Program-made: the position numbers and the translations under genes
Origin: Alphaproteobacteria bacterium
Lineage (GTDB): Bacteria; Pseudomonadota; Alphaproteobacteria; CAAHEQ01; UBA3637
NCBI GenBank assembly: GCA_045605805.1
Contig: JAZUQR010000022.1
Coordinates: forward strand, 1 to 35,083
Length of the DNA: 35,083 nucleotides
Direction: 5' to 3'
In this document: one piece after another, positions 26,485 to 35,083 of the stretch
Layout: the number at the start of each line of letters is the position of its first letter
Numbering within the stretch: position 1 is the stretch's first letter
The notes under the pieces: generated by a model
Seen by the model: only the letters and a program-made list of their open reading frames with translations
Told to the model about the DNA's origin: nothing
Database searches by the model: none

Positions 26485-27479
26485 TTTATTTATTTGTATT
26501 GGGCGGTTTGTTTTTAAGTTGGTCATTTGGGCGGAACAATTTAAGTAATGTGTTCGGCACCGCCATTGGCACACGCATGGTGCCATTCAAGTTGGCGGCT
26601 TTTTTAACAGGAATCAGTGTGTTTTTTGGGGCCTTATTGTCAGGAACACATACAACAACTGCGGTTCATGAAATTGGGGTTGTTCATTCAGGGATGGGGG
26701 CGTTTATCCTCAGTATCAGTGTGGCACTCACCATTTTAATCAACACACAAAAAGGCATTCCTGTGTCCATTGCCCAAAGCGTGGTGGGGGCATTGGTTGG
26801 GTGGAATCTGTTTTTTGAATTACCCACGAATATACCCATATTAAAAGAAATGCTTGGGGCATGGTTTTATGGGCCGATAATGGCGTGTGTCATAGCCATG
26901 GTATGTTTTATGGTGGCTCGTTGGGGGTTAAAAAAAATGCACATTCCTATTCTGTATCAAGATATGTGGATTCGCCTGCTGTTGATTTTATGTGGCACCT
27001 TTGCGGCCTATTTTTTGGGGGCAAATAATATGTCTGTGATTGTGGGGATTTACGCACATGTACCGCAAATCAACCAAGAATATGTGTTAGGATTATGTGG
27101 GTTGTGCGTTGCCTTGGGCGCATGGATGGCCGATAAAAAAGTGATTACAAACATAAGCCGTGGGCTGTATCCTTTGTCGCCCATGGAAGCATTGGTGGTT
27201 GTGTTTGCGTGTGGGGTAACCTTGTATTGTTTTTCTGGCACAGGGCTTCAAACACTGTTAAACAGCTTGAACTTGCCGTCCGTACCATTGGTGCCATTAC
27301 CTACCTCTGGTGTATTGATTGGAACAATAACGGGTGTAGGCTTGGCCAAAGGGCATAAAGCTATCAAATGGGAATCATTGGGTAAGGTGGCGTTGTCGTG
27401 GATATTTGTACCAATTCTTTCGGGCTTGATTTGTTGGAGTCTTTTAGCTATTCTGATAGAGGGAGGACAAATCTGGTGA
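26481..27479 (+). CDS. PiT/PHO4-family inorganic anion transporter
   Basis: Two signature-like repeats (FGRNNLSNVFGT, LGANNMS), PVSIAQSVVGA and PLPTS; hydrophobic throughout. Confidence 0.82.
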   Translation: MIYLFVLGGLFLSWSFGRNNLSNVFGTAIGTRMVPFKLAAFLTGISVFFGALLSGTHTTTAVHEIGVVHSGMGAFILSISVALTILINTQKGIPVSIAQSVVGALVGWNLFFELPTNIPILKEMLGAWFYGPIMACVIAMVCFMVARWGLKKMHIPILYQDMWIRLLLILCGTFAAYFLGANNMSVIVGIYAHVPQINQEYVLGLCGLCVALGAWMADKKVITNISRGLYPLSPMEALVVVFACGVTLYCFSGTGLQTLLNSLNLPSVPLVPLPTSGVLIGTITGVGLAKGHKAIKWESLGKVALSWIFVPILSGLICWSLLAILIEGGQIW

Positions 27480-30400
27480 GAAAAAAAGTATGGCATTTTT
27501 CAAAAAGAACAACCGTTTGGCTTTATCGTTTTGTGGAAGCCATCGTGGCCTTGTTTATCGTCATTTTCTCTATCGCCTTTTGGAAATTATATACAGAACC
27601 GATGGATGCCAAGTTTATGTTGCCAACCTTGTCGGAACAGTTGCTGCCAAAAGAATCACAATACACCCTTCAAGTGGGATCGGCTGTTTTAAGCGCAGAT
27701 TTCAAAGAAGGTGGCTTGTTTCATTTGGAAATGAAAGATTTGCAATTGGTGCGGCCGGATAAAACAGTTGCCATCAATTTGCCATCAGTAAGCCTGTCTT
27801 ACGGCGTATGGCACATACTCACCTTAAATTATATGCCGAATAAGCTGGTTGTCTCAGAACCGGATATCGCCATGGTGATAAATAAAAATGGTGTCTGGCA
27901 TTTTCAAAATGTGACACAAAAGCAACCAACCGACTCCAAGCCACACACAGAAATAGATGCAAGGCGTATCTTGAAGCACAGTTTGTCTTTTGATGATATA
28001 GAAATAACGAACGGTGTGATGATAATAGAAGATTTAGAAAAAGGAAAAACTTTAAGTTTGCCAAACTTTGCCCTGCGATTACATAAAAGTTTTGGGGGCT
28101 TGCGTCATATAGCCCACTTGAATGCCGTTGCCCGAGTGGATGACCATTTAACAGATATCAAAGCCAAAGCCACCTATGGACGGATTACCAAAAACCTTGA
28201 AATAGATATAGGCATCACACCGGTTTATGTTTCTCGTTATGGCAGATTTATCCCGATTTTAGGGGGGATAGATGTGCCTGTAACAATTTCTGTCTCCACA
28301 TTATTCAATACAAAAAAAGTACATAAAAACTTTTTGGAAAATCTGAAAAGTGCCAAGTTTCAAGTCAAGGCAGTTCAATCGGGCGTTGTGCGTTTGCCAT
28401 CCCCCATTGAAAACACCTATCACCTTGAAACAGCTGAAATCAATGGAGCAGTATCACAAGGTATGAAAACAATCAAAATTGCCGAGTCTGAAATAACACT
28501 TGAACATGGGATTCAAGCTGATTTAGAGGTGGCTGTGAAAGGAATGGATAAGTTTATTGCGCATAAAAATGTCAATGACTTACATACCACCTTAAACGCA
28601 TGGGTGAAAAATGTACCCATGTCCGAAGTGACAAAAGTATGGCCGGCCGAACAAGGCACTTCTGCACACACTTGGGTCAAAAATCATTTAAGGGATGGGC
28701 TGGTGCCGTTGGCCTCGTTCCGTTTGGATTTTGATGGAGGCGATTTGTCGGATGTATATGGCGAGGTGGACACACAAGGGGTGACGGTGGATTATCTGCC
28801 CGATATGCCCGCCATCAAGGATGTGGCGGCAAAAGTTATCCTAACACCAACAAAGGTTTCTATTTTGGCCGATAAAGGCCAAGCGGGCAATGTCAAGTTG
28901 ATAAATGCTGACCTGTTGTTTGCACCCTTGGATGCCGAAATAACAGATTTATCTATGGTGTTGGATTTAACTGGCCCGATAAATGAAATGTTGTTGGCCA
29001 TCAATCAAAAGCCGTTGGAATTGTTGGATGGGCTTGATTTTGATTGGAAACAAATCAAAGGAAATGCCGAAGCAGAAGTACAACTGTCTTTTCCATTGGA
29101 TGAAGAAATATTGACGCAACAGTTGCAGGTGCTGGTGACAGCAAAAACAACAAACGCTGGGCTTGTGATGAATCATTTTCCGCTTGAAATCCACGCTGCG
29201 AATGCCGAAGCGATGATTGATAACAAAGGCATCAAGTTGCAAGGCACAGCTCAATTCAAAAATCAAACTTTGAATGTGGTCTGGCAAGAAAGATTTAATC
29301 CGTCCAATGAACCATCTGGTGAATATGATGTATCAGGCATATTACAAGCCGCTAGCTTGGCACAAATCATACCGGATGTGGAACAATATGTCAGTGGTGA
29401 AATGCCCCTGCACATCAATTTGAAACGCTTTTCACCCAATCAACAATGGCAAGCCAAAGCAACGGTAGATTTGAAAAACACAAAAACCGTGATTCATGCG
29501 CTTTCAGTGGTGAAAGAAAAACAGAATCCGCTGTCATTGGAAATAGATTTAACAAATGCCAATTTGGATTTTTCTTCTGGCTCAGCCCGTTTTGTATTGA
29601 ATGGTAAAGCCCAAGAAGAACCGTTGCAGGTGAAAGGTTCGGCTCAATGGGGGCAAGAATGGCAAGTTGTGTTGGATACAGTGAAAACAAAAGGGAATGA
29701 TTTTTCTGGGCAAATTGGTACTTTGAATCAAACTTTAACCATGATTGCAAAAGGCCAAAGGGTAAATCTGTCCCAAATCAAACAAATGCCTTTTTTGAAG
29801 CAGGACTTGCCCGAAGATGCCCCCCCCTTGAAAATGCCGCCAAACATTTTATTTGATATAAAGTTGAACGAGGTAATTTTGAATCAAAAAATGCCAATTC
29901 AAAAGGTAATTGTGGTGGGAAAACGAGAAAATAAATTGTGGAAATACTTTCAATCAGAGGCAACCACCGAAGAACCGTTTGTGGTTGTTTATAATCCGGA
30001 TAACAAACAGTTTCAAGGCACATTTGAAAACTTGGGCACTTTGTTGCTGTATGCAGGCATTTCTGACAGATTTTCAAGTGGTAAGCTGAAAATGATTTCC
30101 ACACAACAAGAATCCGGCCTTATCAAAGGAAAAGTGTTGATAAAAGATGCCGAGCTAAACGAAACCAGCTTTTTATTACAGGCTGCCTCTATTTTGGGCA
30201 TAGTGGATGCGTTCCGTGGTAAAAACATCGTTTTTAATGAAATCCATATCCCATTTCAAATCTCACCGGAAGGAGAAATTACTTTGACAGATGCCTATGC
30301 GGCAAGTGCCAATATCGGCATCACCGTTAAAGGCACAATCAACTTGGATCGCCTGAATCTGGAAGGCGGAGTCATTCCAGCCTATGCCGTGAATAGTCTG

Positions 30401-30559
30401 CCGGGGAAAATCCCCTTGATTGGCGGGCTGTTTCGGGAAGGAGCAGGCGGTGGTTTAATCAGCTTAAAATACGCCCTTAAAGGGAGATTGGCCAATCCGG
30501 AAGTAGAGTTTTTTCCCTTGTCGTCTATGGCTCCCGGGGCATTGGGATACATTTTTTAA
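27476..30559 (+). CDS. AsmA-like/DUF3971 (YhdP-type) envelope protein
   Basis: N-terminal TM, long beta-rich body, VWP...AHTWV motif and C-terminal GGVIPAYAVNSLPGKIPLIG...NPEV...PLSSMAPG; GTG start in a GTGA overlap with RBS GGAGG. Confidence 0.8.
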   Translation: MRKKVWHFSKRTTVWLYRFVEAIVALFIVIFSIAFWKLYTEPMDAKFMLPTLSEQLLPKESQYTLQVGSAVLSADFKEGGLFHLEMKDLQLVRPDKTVAINLPSVSLSYGVWHILTLNYMPNKLVVSEPDIAMVINKNGVWHFQNVTQKQPTDSKPHTEIDARRILKHSLSFDDIEITNGVMIIEDLEKGKTLSLPNFALRLHKSFGGLRHIAHLNAVARVDDHLTDIKAKATYGRITKNLEIDIGITPVYVSRYGRFIPILGGIDVPVTISVSTLFNTKKVHKNFLENLKSAKFQVKAVQSGVVRLPSPIENTYHLETAEINGAVSQGMKTIKIAESEITLEHGIQADLEVAVKGMDKFIAHKNVNDLHTTLNAWVKNVPMSEVTKVWPAEQGTSAHTWVKNHLRDGLVPLASFRLDFDGGDLSDVYGEVDTQGVTVDYLPDMPAIKDVAAKVILTPTKVSILADKGQAGNVKLINADLLFAPLDAEITDLSMVLDLTGPINEMLLAINQKPLELLDGLDFDWKQIKGNAEAEVQLSFPLDEEILTQQLQVLVTAKTTNAGLVMNHFPLEIHAANAEAMIDNKGIKLQGTAQFKNQTLNVVWQERFNPSNEPSGEYDVSGILQAASLAQIIPDVEQYVSGEMPLHINLKRFSPNQQWQAKATVDLKNTKTVIHALSVVKEKQNPLSLEIDLTNANLDFSSGSARFVLNGKAQEEPLQVKGSAQWGQEWQVVLDTVKTKGNDFSGQIGTLNQTLTMIAKGQRVNLSQIKQMPFLKQDLPEDAPPLKMPPNILFDIKLNEVILNQKMPIQKVIVVGKRENKLWKYFQSEATTEEPFVVVYNPDNKQFQGTFENLGTLLLYAGISDRFSSGKLKMISTQQESGLIKGKVLIKDAELNETSFLLQAASILGIVDAFRGKNIVFNEIHIPFQISPEGEITLTDAYAASANIGITVKGTINLDRLNLEGGVIPAYAVNSLPGKIPLIGGLFREGAGGGLISLKYALKGRLANPEVEFFPLSSMAPGALGYIF

Positions 30560-30576
30560 CAGAAAGGAATAAAAAT

Positions 30577-31767
30577 ATGTCAAATATAAAAGAAATATCA
30601 AAAAACCTGTTTTGGGTGGGTGCAAATGACAAACGCTTGGCCCTGTTTGAAAATATCTATCCGTTACCAAACGGAGTGTCATACAACAGCTATGTTCTGA
30701 TGGATGAAAAAACCGCCCTTTTGGATACAGTAGATGCCTCGGTTGCGGATGTGTTTTTTGATAATTTACAAACGGTATTACAAGGCCGTCCATTGGATTA
30801 TGTGGTGGTTCATCATATGGAACCCGATCATTCAGCCACATTAAGGTGTTTGATAAAAAAATATCCAGAAATCACAGTGGTGTGCAACGCCAAAACACAA
30901 AATATGATACATCAGTTTTTTGGGGCAGACTTGGCTTTTAAGACCCTTTTGGTTCAAGAAGGCGATACATTGTCGCTTGGCAAACATACATTCACATTTG
31001 TGATGGCCCCCATGGTGCATTGGCCCGAAGTGATGATGACCTATGAGCAAACGGAAAAAGTGTTGTTTTCGGCTGATGCGTTTGGGACATTTGGCACATT
31101 GGATGGGGCAATTTTTGCGGATGAAGTCAATTTTGAAAAGGATTATCTGGCCGAAGCGCGTCGCTATTATGCCAACATTGTTGGCAAATACGGTATGCCC
31201 GTTCAAACAGTGTTGAAGAAAGCCGCAGGGCTTGATATCCAAATGATTTGTCCGTTGCACGGTTTTGTCTGGCGCAAAGATTTGGGATATTTTGTGGATA
31301 AATATCAACATTGGTCCACCTATCAACCGGAAGAAAAAGCAGCCATAGTGGCTTATGCCTCCATCTATGGCAACACAGCCAAAGCCGCCGAAAAAATGGC
31401 CTCTGCTTTGGTGGAAAAAGGGATGCCTGTAAAAGTGTATGATTTGTCCAAAACAGGCACAGATGTGGTTCTAGGCGAAGTGTTCCGTGCATCACATTTG
31501 GTGTTGGCTTCGGCCACGCATGATGGCGGTATTTTTGAACCAATGGACTATCTGTTGCACGCAATGTTGGCTCATAATGTGCAAGGCAGAAAAGTGTTGT
31601 TGATGGAAAATGGCTCATGGGCGCCCATGGCCGGCAAGCAAATGAAAACGCTGGTGGAATCTATGAAAGAAATGACCATTATGGAACAAATCATCACCAT
31701 CAAATCGGCTTTAACCCCCGAACAAGAAAAGACTTTTGCCGAATTGGCAGAAGACTTTGTGAAATAG
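30577..31767 (+). CDS. fprA: flavodiiron protein (A-type flavoprotein)
   Basis: GVSYNSY, HHMEPDHS, PMVHWPE, SADAFG and CPLHG, followed by a flavodoxin domain (YASIYGNT). Confidence 0.93.
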   Translation: MSNIKEISKNLFWVGANDKRLALFENIYPLPNGVSYNSYVLMDEKTALLDTVDASVADVFFDNLQTVLQGRPLDYVVVHHMEPDHSATLRCLIKKYPEITVVCNAKTQNMIHQFFGADLAFKTLLVQEGDTLSLGKHTFTFVMAPMVHWPEVMMTYEQTEKVLFSADAFGTFGTLDGAIFADEVNFEKDYLAEARRYYANIVGKYGMPVQTVLKKAAGLDIQMICPLHGFVWRKDLGYFVDKYQHWSTYQPEEKAAIVAYASIYGNTAKAAEKMASALVEKGMPVKVYDLSKTGTDVVLGEVFRASHLVLASATHDGGIFEPMDYLLHAMLAHNVQGRKVLLMENGSWAPMAGKQMKTLVESMKEMTIMEQIITIKSALTPEQEKTFAELAEDFVK

Positions 31768-31790
31768 GTCATAGTACCTGTAAATAAAAG

Positions 31791-31817
31791 AAAAAGCCCT
31801 CACCAATGTGGGGGCTT
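31791..31817 (-). terminator. terminator downstream of tRNA-Gly (between convergent fprA and tRNA)
   Basis: AAGCCCTCAC-CAAT-GTGGGGGCTT hairpin with a T run on the minus strand. Confidence 0.7.
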
Positions 31818-31823
31818 AAAAAT

Positions 31824-31897
<74 letters not shown>

Positions 31898-31923
31898 AAT
31901 GTTCTTCCTGTTGATGTGAATGC

Positions 31924-31951
31924 AATATATCATTGTTTCTGGATATTGCAA
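31924..31951 (-). promoter_or_regulatory. putative promoter of tRNA-Gly
   Basis: TTGCAA, 16 nt, TATATT with an extended TG on the minus strand. Confidence 0.55.
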
Positions 31952-32031
31952 GGGCAAAAGTATAAAAAAAACGCTTTTTTTTTACACTTTCCCCCATGCA
32001 GAATAAAAAATCATACCGGGTTTCTGTCAAA

Positions 32032-33129
32032 TCAACGGTTGCAGCCCCGTAAAGCGATCGGCCAGCAATCCAGAACGTTCTCCCCTCTCACCACATAAAT
32101 TTCATCAAACAGATTGATGGTGGGATCACAATGGGAAACAATCAGTTCAAGACGGTCTCCCGCTTTGAGACTTTCTTCAGACGGAAAAGTCAACCGTCCG
32201 TGTTCATCTCCGAAGGACCAGTCATATTCCCACCCCGGCCGTATTTTGTTCCCGTCGATCACACGGGGCGGAGCCCCCGGAGTCACATACAAAGATTTGG
32301 TCCCGGCATCCAAAGTGGCCATGCCCGGATAATGACTGCTGATTACGGAAGTGATCATCCGCAAGGCCGCCGCATAACGGGGACCGCCGTGTTCCACCGC
32401 CAGATATTCCGAATCCATCACACAATAAGACCCCACCTGAATATCGGTGACTTCCGCAATACCCAGATCCGCCGGAGAGGTCCCCGTCCCCGTCCCTGTA
32501 AAGATCCGGCAGGATCCAAAACGGTCACGCAAACTCCGGAAGACTTCCGCCCCCCGGTTCATCAGACGCAGATTTTCCTTTTTCCGTTCCTCATAGGAAA
32601 CAATATGCTGCAAATGCCCTGTATAACACTGCACCCCCACTAATTTCAAGGTTGGAAATGATGTTATAAAAGCCCCGAACTCTTCCGCCTCCGCAAAAGG
32701 GACCCCGGTCCGGCCCATTTCCGGATCCACATCCAGAACCACCCGCAGGGGATTTTCCTCCCGGCACAGAGCGGCAAGAACCCGGACCTGATCGGGGTCA
32801 TCCACGGTCAGGATCAGTTCGGAACATTTTCCGTGCAGATCCACCGCCCTTTTCATTTTTTCCGGAGCCGTTACCGGAGAAGTGATCAGGATCTGACCGA
32901 TCCCGTATTTCGCCAGTCCTTCCGCTTCCGATAATTTTGCCGCACACACTCCGGCACAATTCCCGCAGGCCAGCTGCCGCCGGACAATTTCAGGGCACTT
33001 ATGGGTTTTGGCATGGGGACGCAATTTCTTCCCTTTGGATGCGGCAAAATCACGCATGACCACAAGATTCTTTTCAAACAGATCCAGATCCAGGATCAGG
33101 GAAGGTGTATCCAGTTGATTTTTATACAT
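32032..33129 (-). CDS. DSD1-family PLP enzyme (D-threonine aldolase / D-serine dehydratase-like)
   Basis: LDTPSLILD, RPHAKTHK (PLP lysine), GRTGV, GSYCVMD, DAGTKS, DEHG and HCDPTINL. Confidence 0.9.
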   Translation of the reverse strand: MYKNQLDTPSLILDLDLFEKNLVVMRDFAASKGKKLRPHAKTHKCPEIVRRQLACGNCAGVCAAKLSEAEGLAKYGIGQILITSPVTAPEKMKRAVDLHGKCSELILTVDDPDQVRVLAALCREENPLRVVLDVDPEMGRTGVPFAEAEEFGAFITSFPTLKLVGVQCYTGHLQHIVSYEERKKENLRLMNRGAEVFRSLRDRFGSCRIFTGTGTGTSPADLGIAEVTDIQVGSYCVMDSEYLAVEHGGPRYAAALRMITSVISSHYPGMATLDAGTKSLYVTPGAPPRVIDGNKIRPGWEYDWSFGDEHGRLTFPSEESLKAGDRLELIVSHCDPTINLFDEIYVVRGENVLDCWPIALRGCNR

Positions 33130-33144
33130 TTCTTTTCTCCGTAT

Positions 33145-34416
33145 TCACTTTTCATATTGGATAGCCGGGGGAACCGGATCGTAGCGGGGGTGTTCACACT
33201 CCGGAACACGCATTCCGCCGGTCCGGTAGAGGGCTGGCGCAGAACTGCACTCAAAACGCAGCACCGGAGCAAAATGTTTTTCAAGTTCATCCGGCAGATC
33301 CACCACCACTTTAATGCCGTTCTGTGTAAAATTCAATTCCATCTTTCCGCAGGCAAACACCTTCTGCACCGCACATTGAAGTCCCGTCAGGGTCAGTTTA
33401 TTGCCGGGAAAATATTTCAGGGTCATAAAAAGAGTGTTGCCGGAAACCGTGAAACGCCCCTGGGGATCCCAATCGCCCCGATCGGAACTTTGAGGACGAA
33501 CCGGACTGAACGAGAAATTTTCACAATTGCCGATGGCTTCGAAGCCCCCCTCCTCTTTCAGCCAGCGCCCCACCTGACGGATGATCCGCACCGACTCTTC
33601 CGGAATGGATCCATCCCCCCGGGGACCGATATTCAAAAGCAGATTTCCGTGCCCGGAACCGCAGGTCAAAAGCATATTGACCACTTCCAGAGGATCCTTC
33701 CAATGCTGATCCCCTGCATGATATCCCCAATGATCGTTCAGGGTCACACAAGCCTCCCAGGGACGCCAGGGATCGGGGGCGGTCAAATGCTGTTCCGGAG
33801 TTCCGAAATCCCCGGGCAAACCGTTGCGTCCGTTGAAAAGAAGGTGACTCTGGATCCGGCGCATTTCTTCATTCATTTCCAGAGCCTTCCACCCCTCCCG
33901 GTTGAAAGGCCACCAGCCGTCATACCAGAGGATATCAATGGGATCGAACAGTGTCACAAGTTCCTTCAACCGCGCAAAGGTGTTTCCGATAAAACATTCA
34001 TACGCATTTTTATCTTCCAATGCCTCCACGGCATCCGGTTGATCAAACCAGTTGTTCAAACTGTGATACAAACCGATTTTCAATCCCCGTTTCCGGGCGG
34101 CGCAGACCATTTCTTTCACCAGATCCCTTCCCCAGTATTTCATGGCATTGAAATCGGATAACGCACTGTCATACAACCGGAATCCTTCGTGGTGCATGGT
34201 GGTAAAAACGATATAGCGCATCCCCCCTTCCACAGCCAGGTCACAAATGGCTTCAGCATCAAATTTCTCCGGACGGAAGGAAGCGGGGACCGTTCTCATC
34301 TCCTGCGGAGCAATCTGTTCCCGGTTCATCACCCACTCCCCCCGGGCCAGGGAACTGTACAGCCCATAATGGATAAACATGCCGTACTGCAATGCGGAAA
34401 ATTCTTCCACTTTCAT
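33145..34416 (-). CDS. GH29 alpha-L-fucosidase
   Basis: GMFIHYGLYS, TTMHHEGF, ILWYDG (nucleophile Asp), WEACVT..DHWGY and NLLLNIGP; ATG 34416 has RBS GGAGG. Confidence 0.9.
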   Translation of the reverse strand: MKVEEFSALQYGMFIHYGLYSSLARGEWVMNREQIAPQEMRTVPASFRPEKFDAEAICDLAVEGGMRYIVFTTMHHEGFRLYDSALSDFNAMKYWGRDLVKEMVCAARKRGLKIGLYHSLNNWFDQPDAVEALEDKNAYECFIGNTFARLKELVTLFDPIDILWYDGWWPFNREGWKALEMNEEMRRIQSHLLFNGRNGLPGDFGTPEQHLTAPDPWRPWEACVTLNDHWGYHAGDQHWKDPLEVVNMLLTCGSGHGNLLLNIGPRGDGSIPEESVRIIRQVGRWLKEEGGFEAIGNCENFSFSPVRPQSSDRGDWDPQGRFTVSGNTLFMTLKYFPGNKLTLTGLQCAVQKVFACGKMELNFTQNGIKVVVDLPDELEKHFAPVLRFECSSAPALYRTGGMRVPECEHPRYDPVPPAIQYEK

Positions 34417-34465
34417 AAAAAACCTCCTGAAAAAACCTCTGTGTGAGGTAATTGCCTCGTATACC

Positions 34466-34553
34466 AATATAAACAGGATTCTTTTTTTTGTCAAGACACA
34501 TTCCGTAAAAGCATGAAATATTCTGTTGACAATCCTTAAATACAGAGTATATT
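34466..34553. promoter_or_regulatory. divergent sigma70 promoters of the fucosidase and EamA genes
   Basis: Minus strand: TTGACA (34494-34489), 17 nt, TATATT. Plus strand: TTGACA (34526-34531), 16 nt, TATATT. Confidence 0.65.
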
Positions 34554-34594
34554 AAATGCCCGTTGCTTCAATAAAAATAAGAGAAAGAGTTTTT

Positions 34595-35083
34595 ATGACC
34601 TGGCCGGCTTTTATTCTGATCGTCCTTTCCGCAGGATTGCATGCCTCCTGGAATCTGGTGGCAAAAAAGAACCGTATATCACTGCCGTTTTATGCACTGA
34701 TCTGTTCGGTGGGGGCGATTTGCTGTTTCAATATCCACTTCTGGACGCCGGTCCCTGTGGAAAAACTGCCTTTGAAATTCTGGGGAAGTGTCCTGGGCAG
34801 CACCTGGTCGGATATTTTCTATTGTCTCGGACTGGTCTATTGTTACCGGAAACTGGAAATGGCAAGCGCCTATCCGGTGATGCGGGCTCTGCCCATTATT
34901 CTGACCGCGGTGGTGGCAACAATATTCGGCTTGGGAAAAAGTCTGTCACTTTCCACCATTCCCGGATTTCTCATTGTATTTGCAGGTGCTTTGATGATGC
35001 CGCTGGAGCGTTTCCGGGATTTTAAGCTGTCCACCTATCTGAATCCTTCGCTGCTTTTTATTCTGGCAGTGGCGTGCGGAACC
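34595..35083 (+). CDS. EamA/DMT family transporter, truncated by the window end (absent from the ORF track)
   Basis: Manual translation MTWPAFILIVLSAGLHASWNLVAKK...YRKLEMASAYPVMRALP; the frame appears open to the end of the window. Confidence 0.85.
   Translation, partial: MTWPAFILIVLSAGLHASWNLVAKKNRISLPFYALICSVGAICCFNIHFWTPVPVEKLPLKFWGSVLGSTWSDIFYCLGLVYCYRKLEMASAYPVMRALPIILTAVVATIFGLGKSLSLSTIPGFLIVFAGALMMPLERFRDFKLSTYLNPSLLFILAVACGT

Noticed and set aside
33001-34161. 386-aa plus-strand ORF
   Set aside because: It is an antisense shadow of the well-supported GH29 gene in GC-richer DNA and has no recognisable motifs.
34437-34448. CTCTGTGTGAGG shared with the portal-leader terminator (1785-1796), considered as an att-like repeat
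   Set aside because: It is only 12 bp, both copies are hairpin loops, and they do not bracket a coherent element; probably chance.
34720-35025. 101-aa plus-strand ORF
   Set aside because: It is an out-of-frame overlap within the EamA gene that starts at 34595.

Overview
Bases 1 to about 32,000 are AT-rich chromosomal DNA of an alphaproteobacterium (ctrA with a CtrA box, an alphaproteobacterial-type LexA box, mtaB-ftsY, mrcA-prfB). It is probably a host-associated, anaerobe-adapted Rhodospirillales-related lineage; that assignment is inference. The main object is a compact cassette of about 10.5 kb (149-10646) encoding a T7/podovirus-type head and short tail: portal, scaffold, major capsid protein, tail adaptor, tail nozzle, one small internal virion protein, putative small terminase, large terminase, SleB-type hydrolase and two small membrane proteins. 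It has no integrase, replication genes, visible att sites or tail fibre. Every ORF looks intact and uses host-like translation signals. Upstream lies a readable control circuit: a divergent LexA/CI-like S24 repressor, a GTTC-N7-GTTC SOS box over the promoter of an unknown 118-aa gene, two near-identical sigma70 promoters each flanked by a WAGGA-N6-TCYTW palindrome, and an intrinsic terminator between the structural promoter and the portal gene. A two-hairpin RNA element precedes the capsid gene. My best interpretation is a domesticated, DNA-damage-inducible, antitermination-controlled gene-transfer-agent-like (GTA-like) element of podoviral rather than RcGTA type; this is a hypothesis. The rest is housekeeping DNA: a degenerate SixA-like protein, ctrA, an unannotated rpmG, a truncated moxR operon, an NTT-HEAT-like/cNMP pair, PPIase, PBP1A, frameshifted prfB, a PiT transporter, an AsmA-like protein, fprA and tRNA-Gly. 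After about 32,010 the composition changes abruptly (DSD1-family enzyme, GH29 fucosidase, partial EamA), indicating either horizontal transfer or an assembly/binning chimera.
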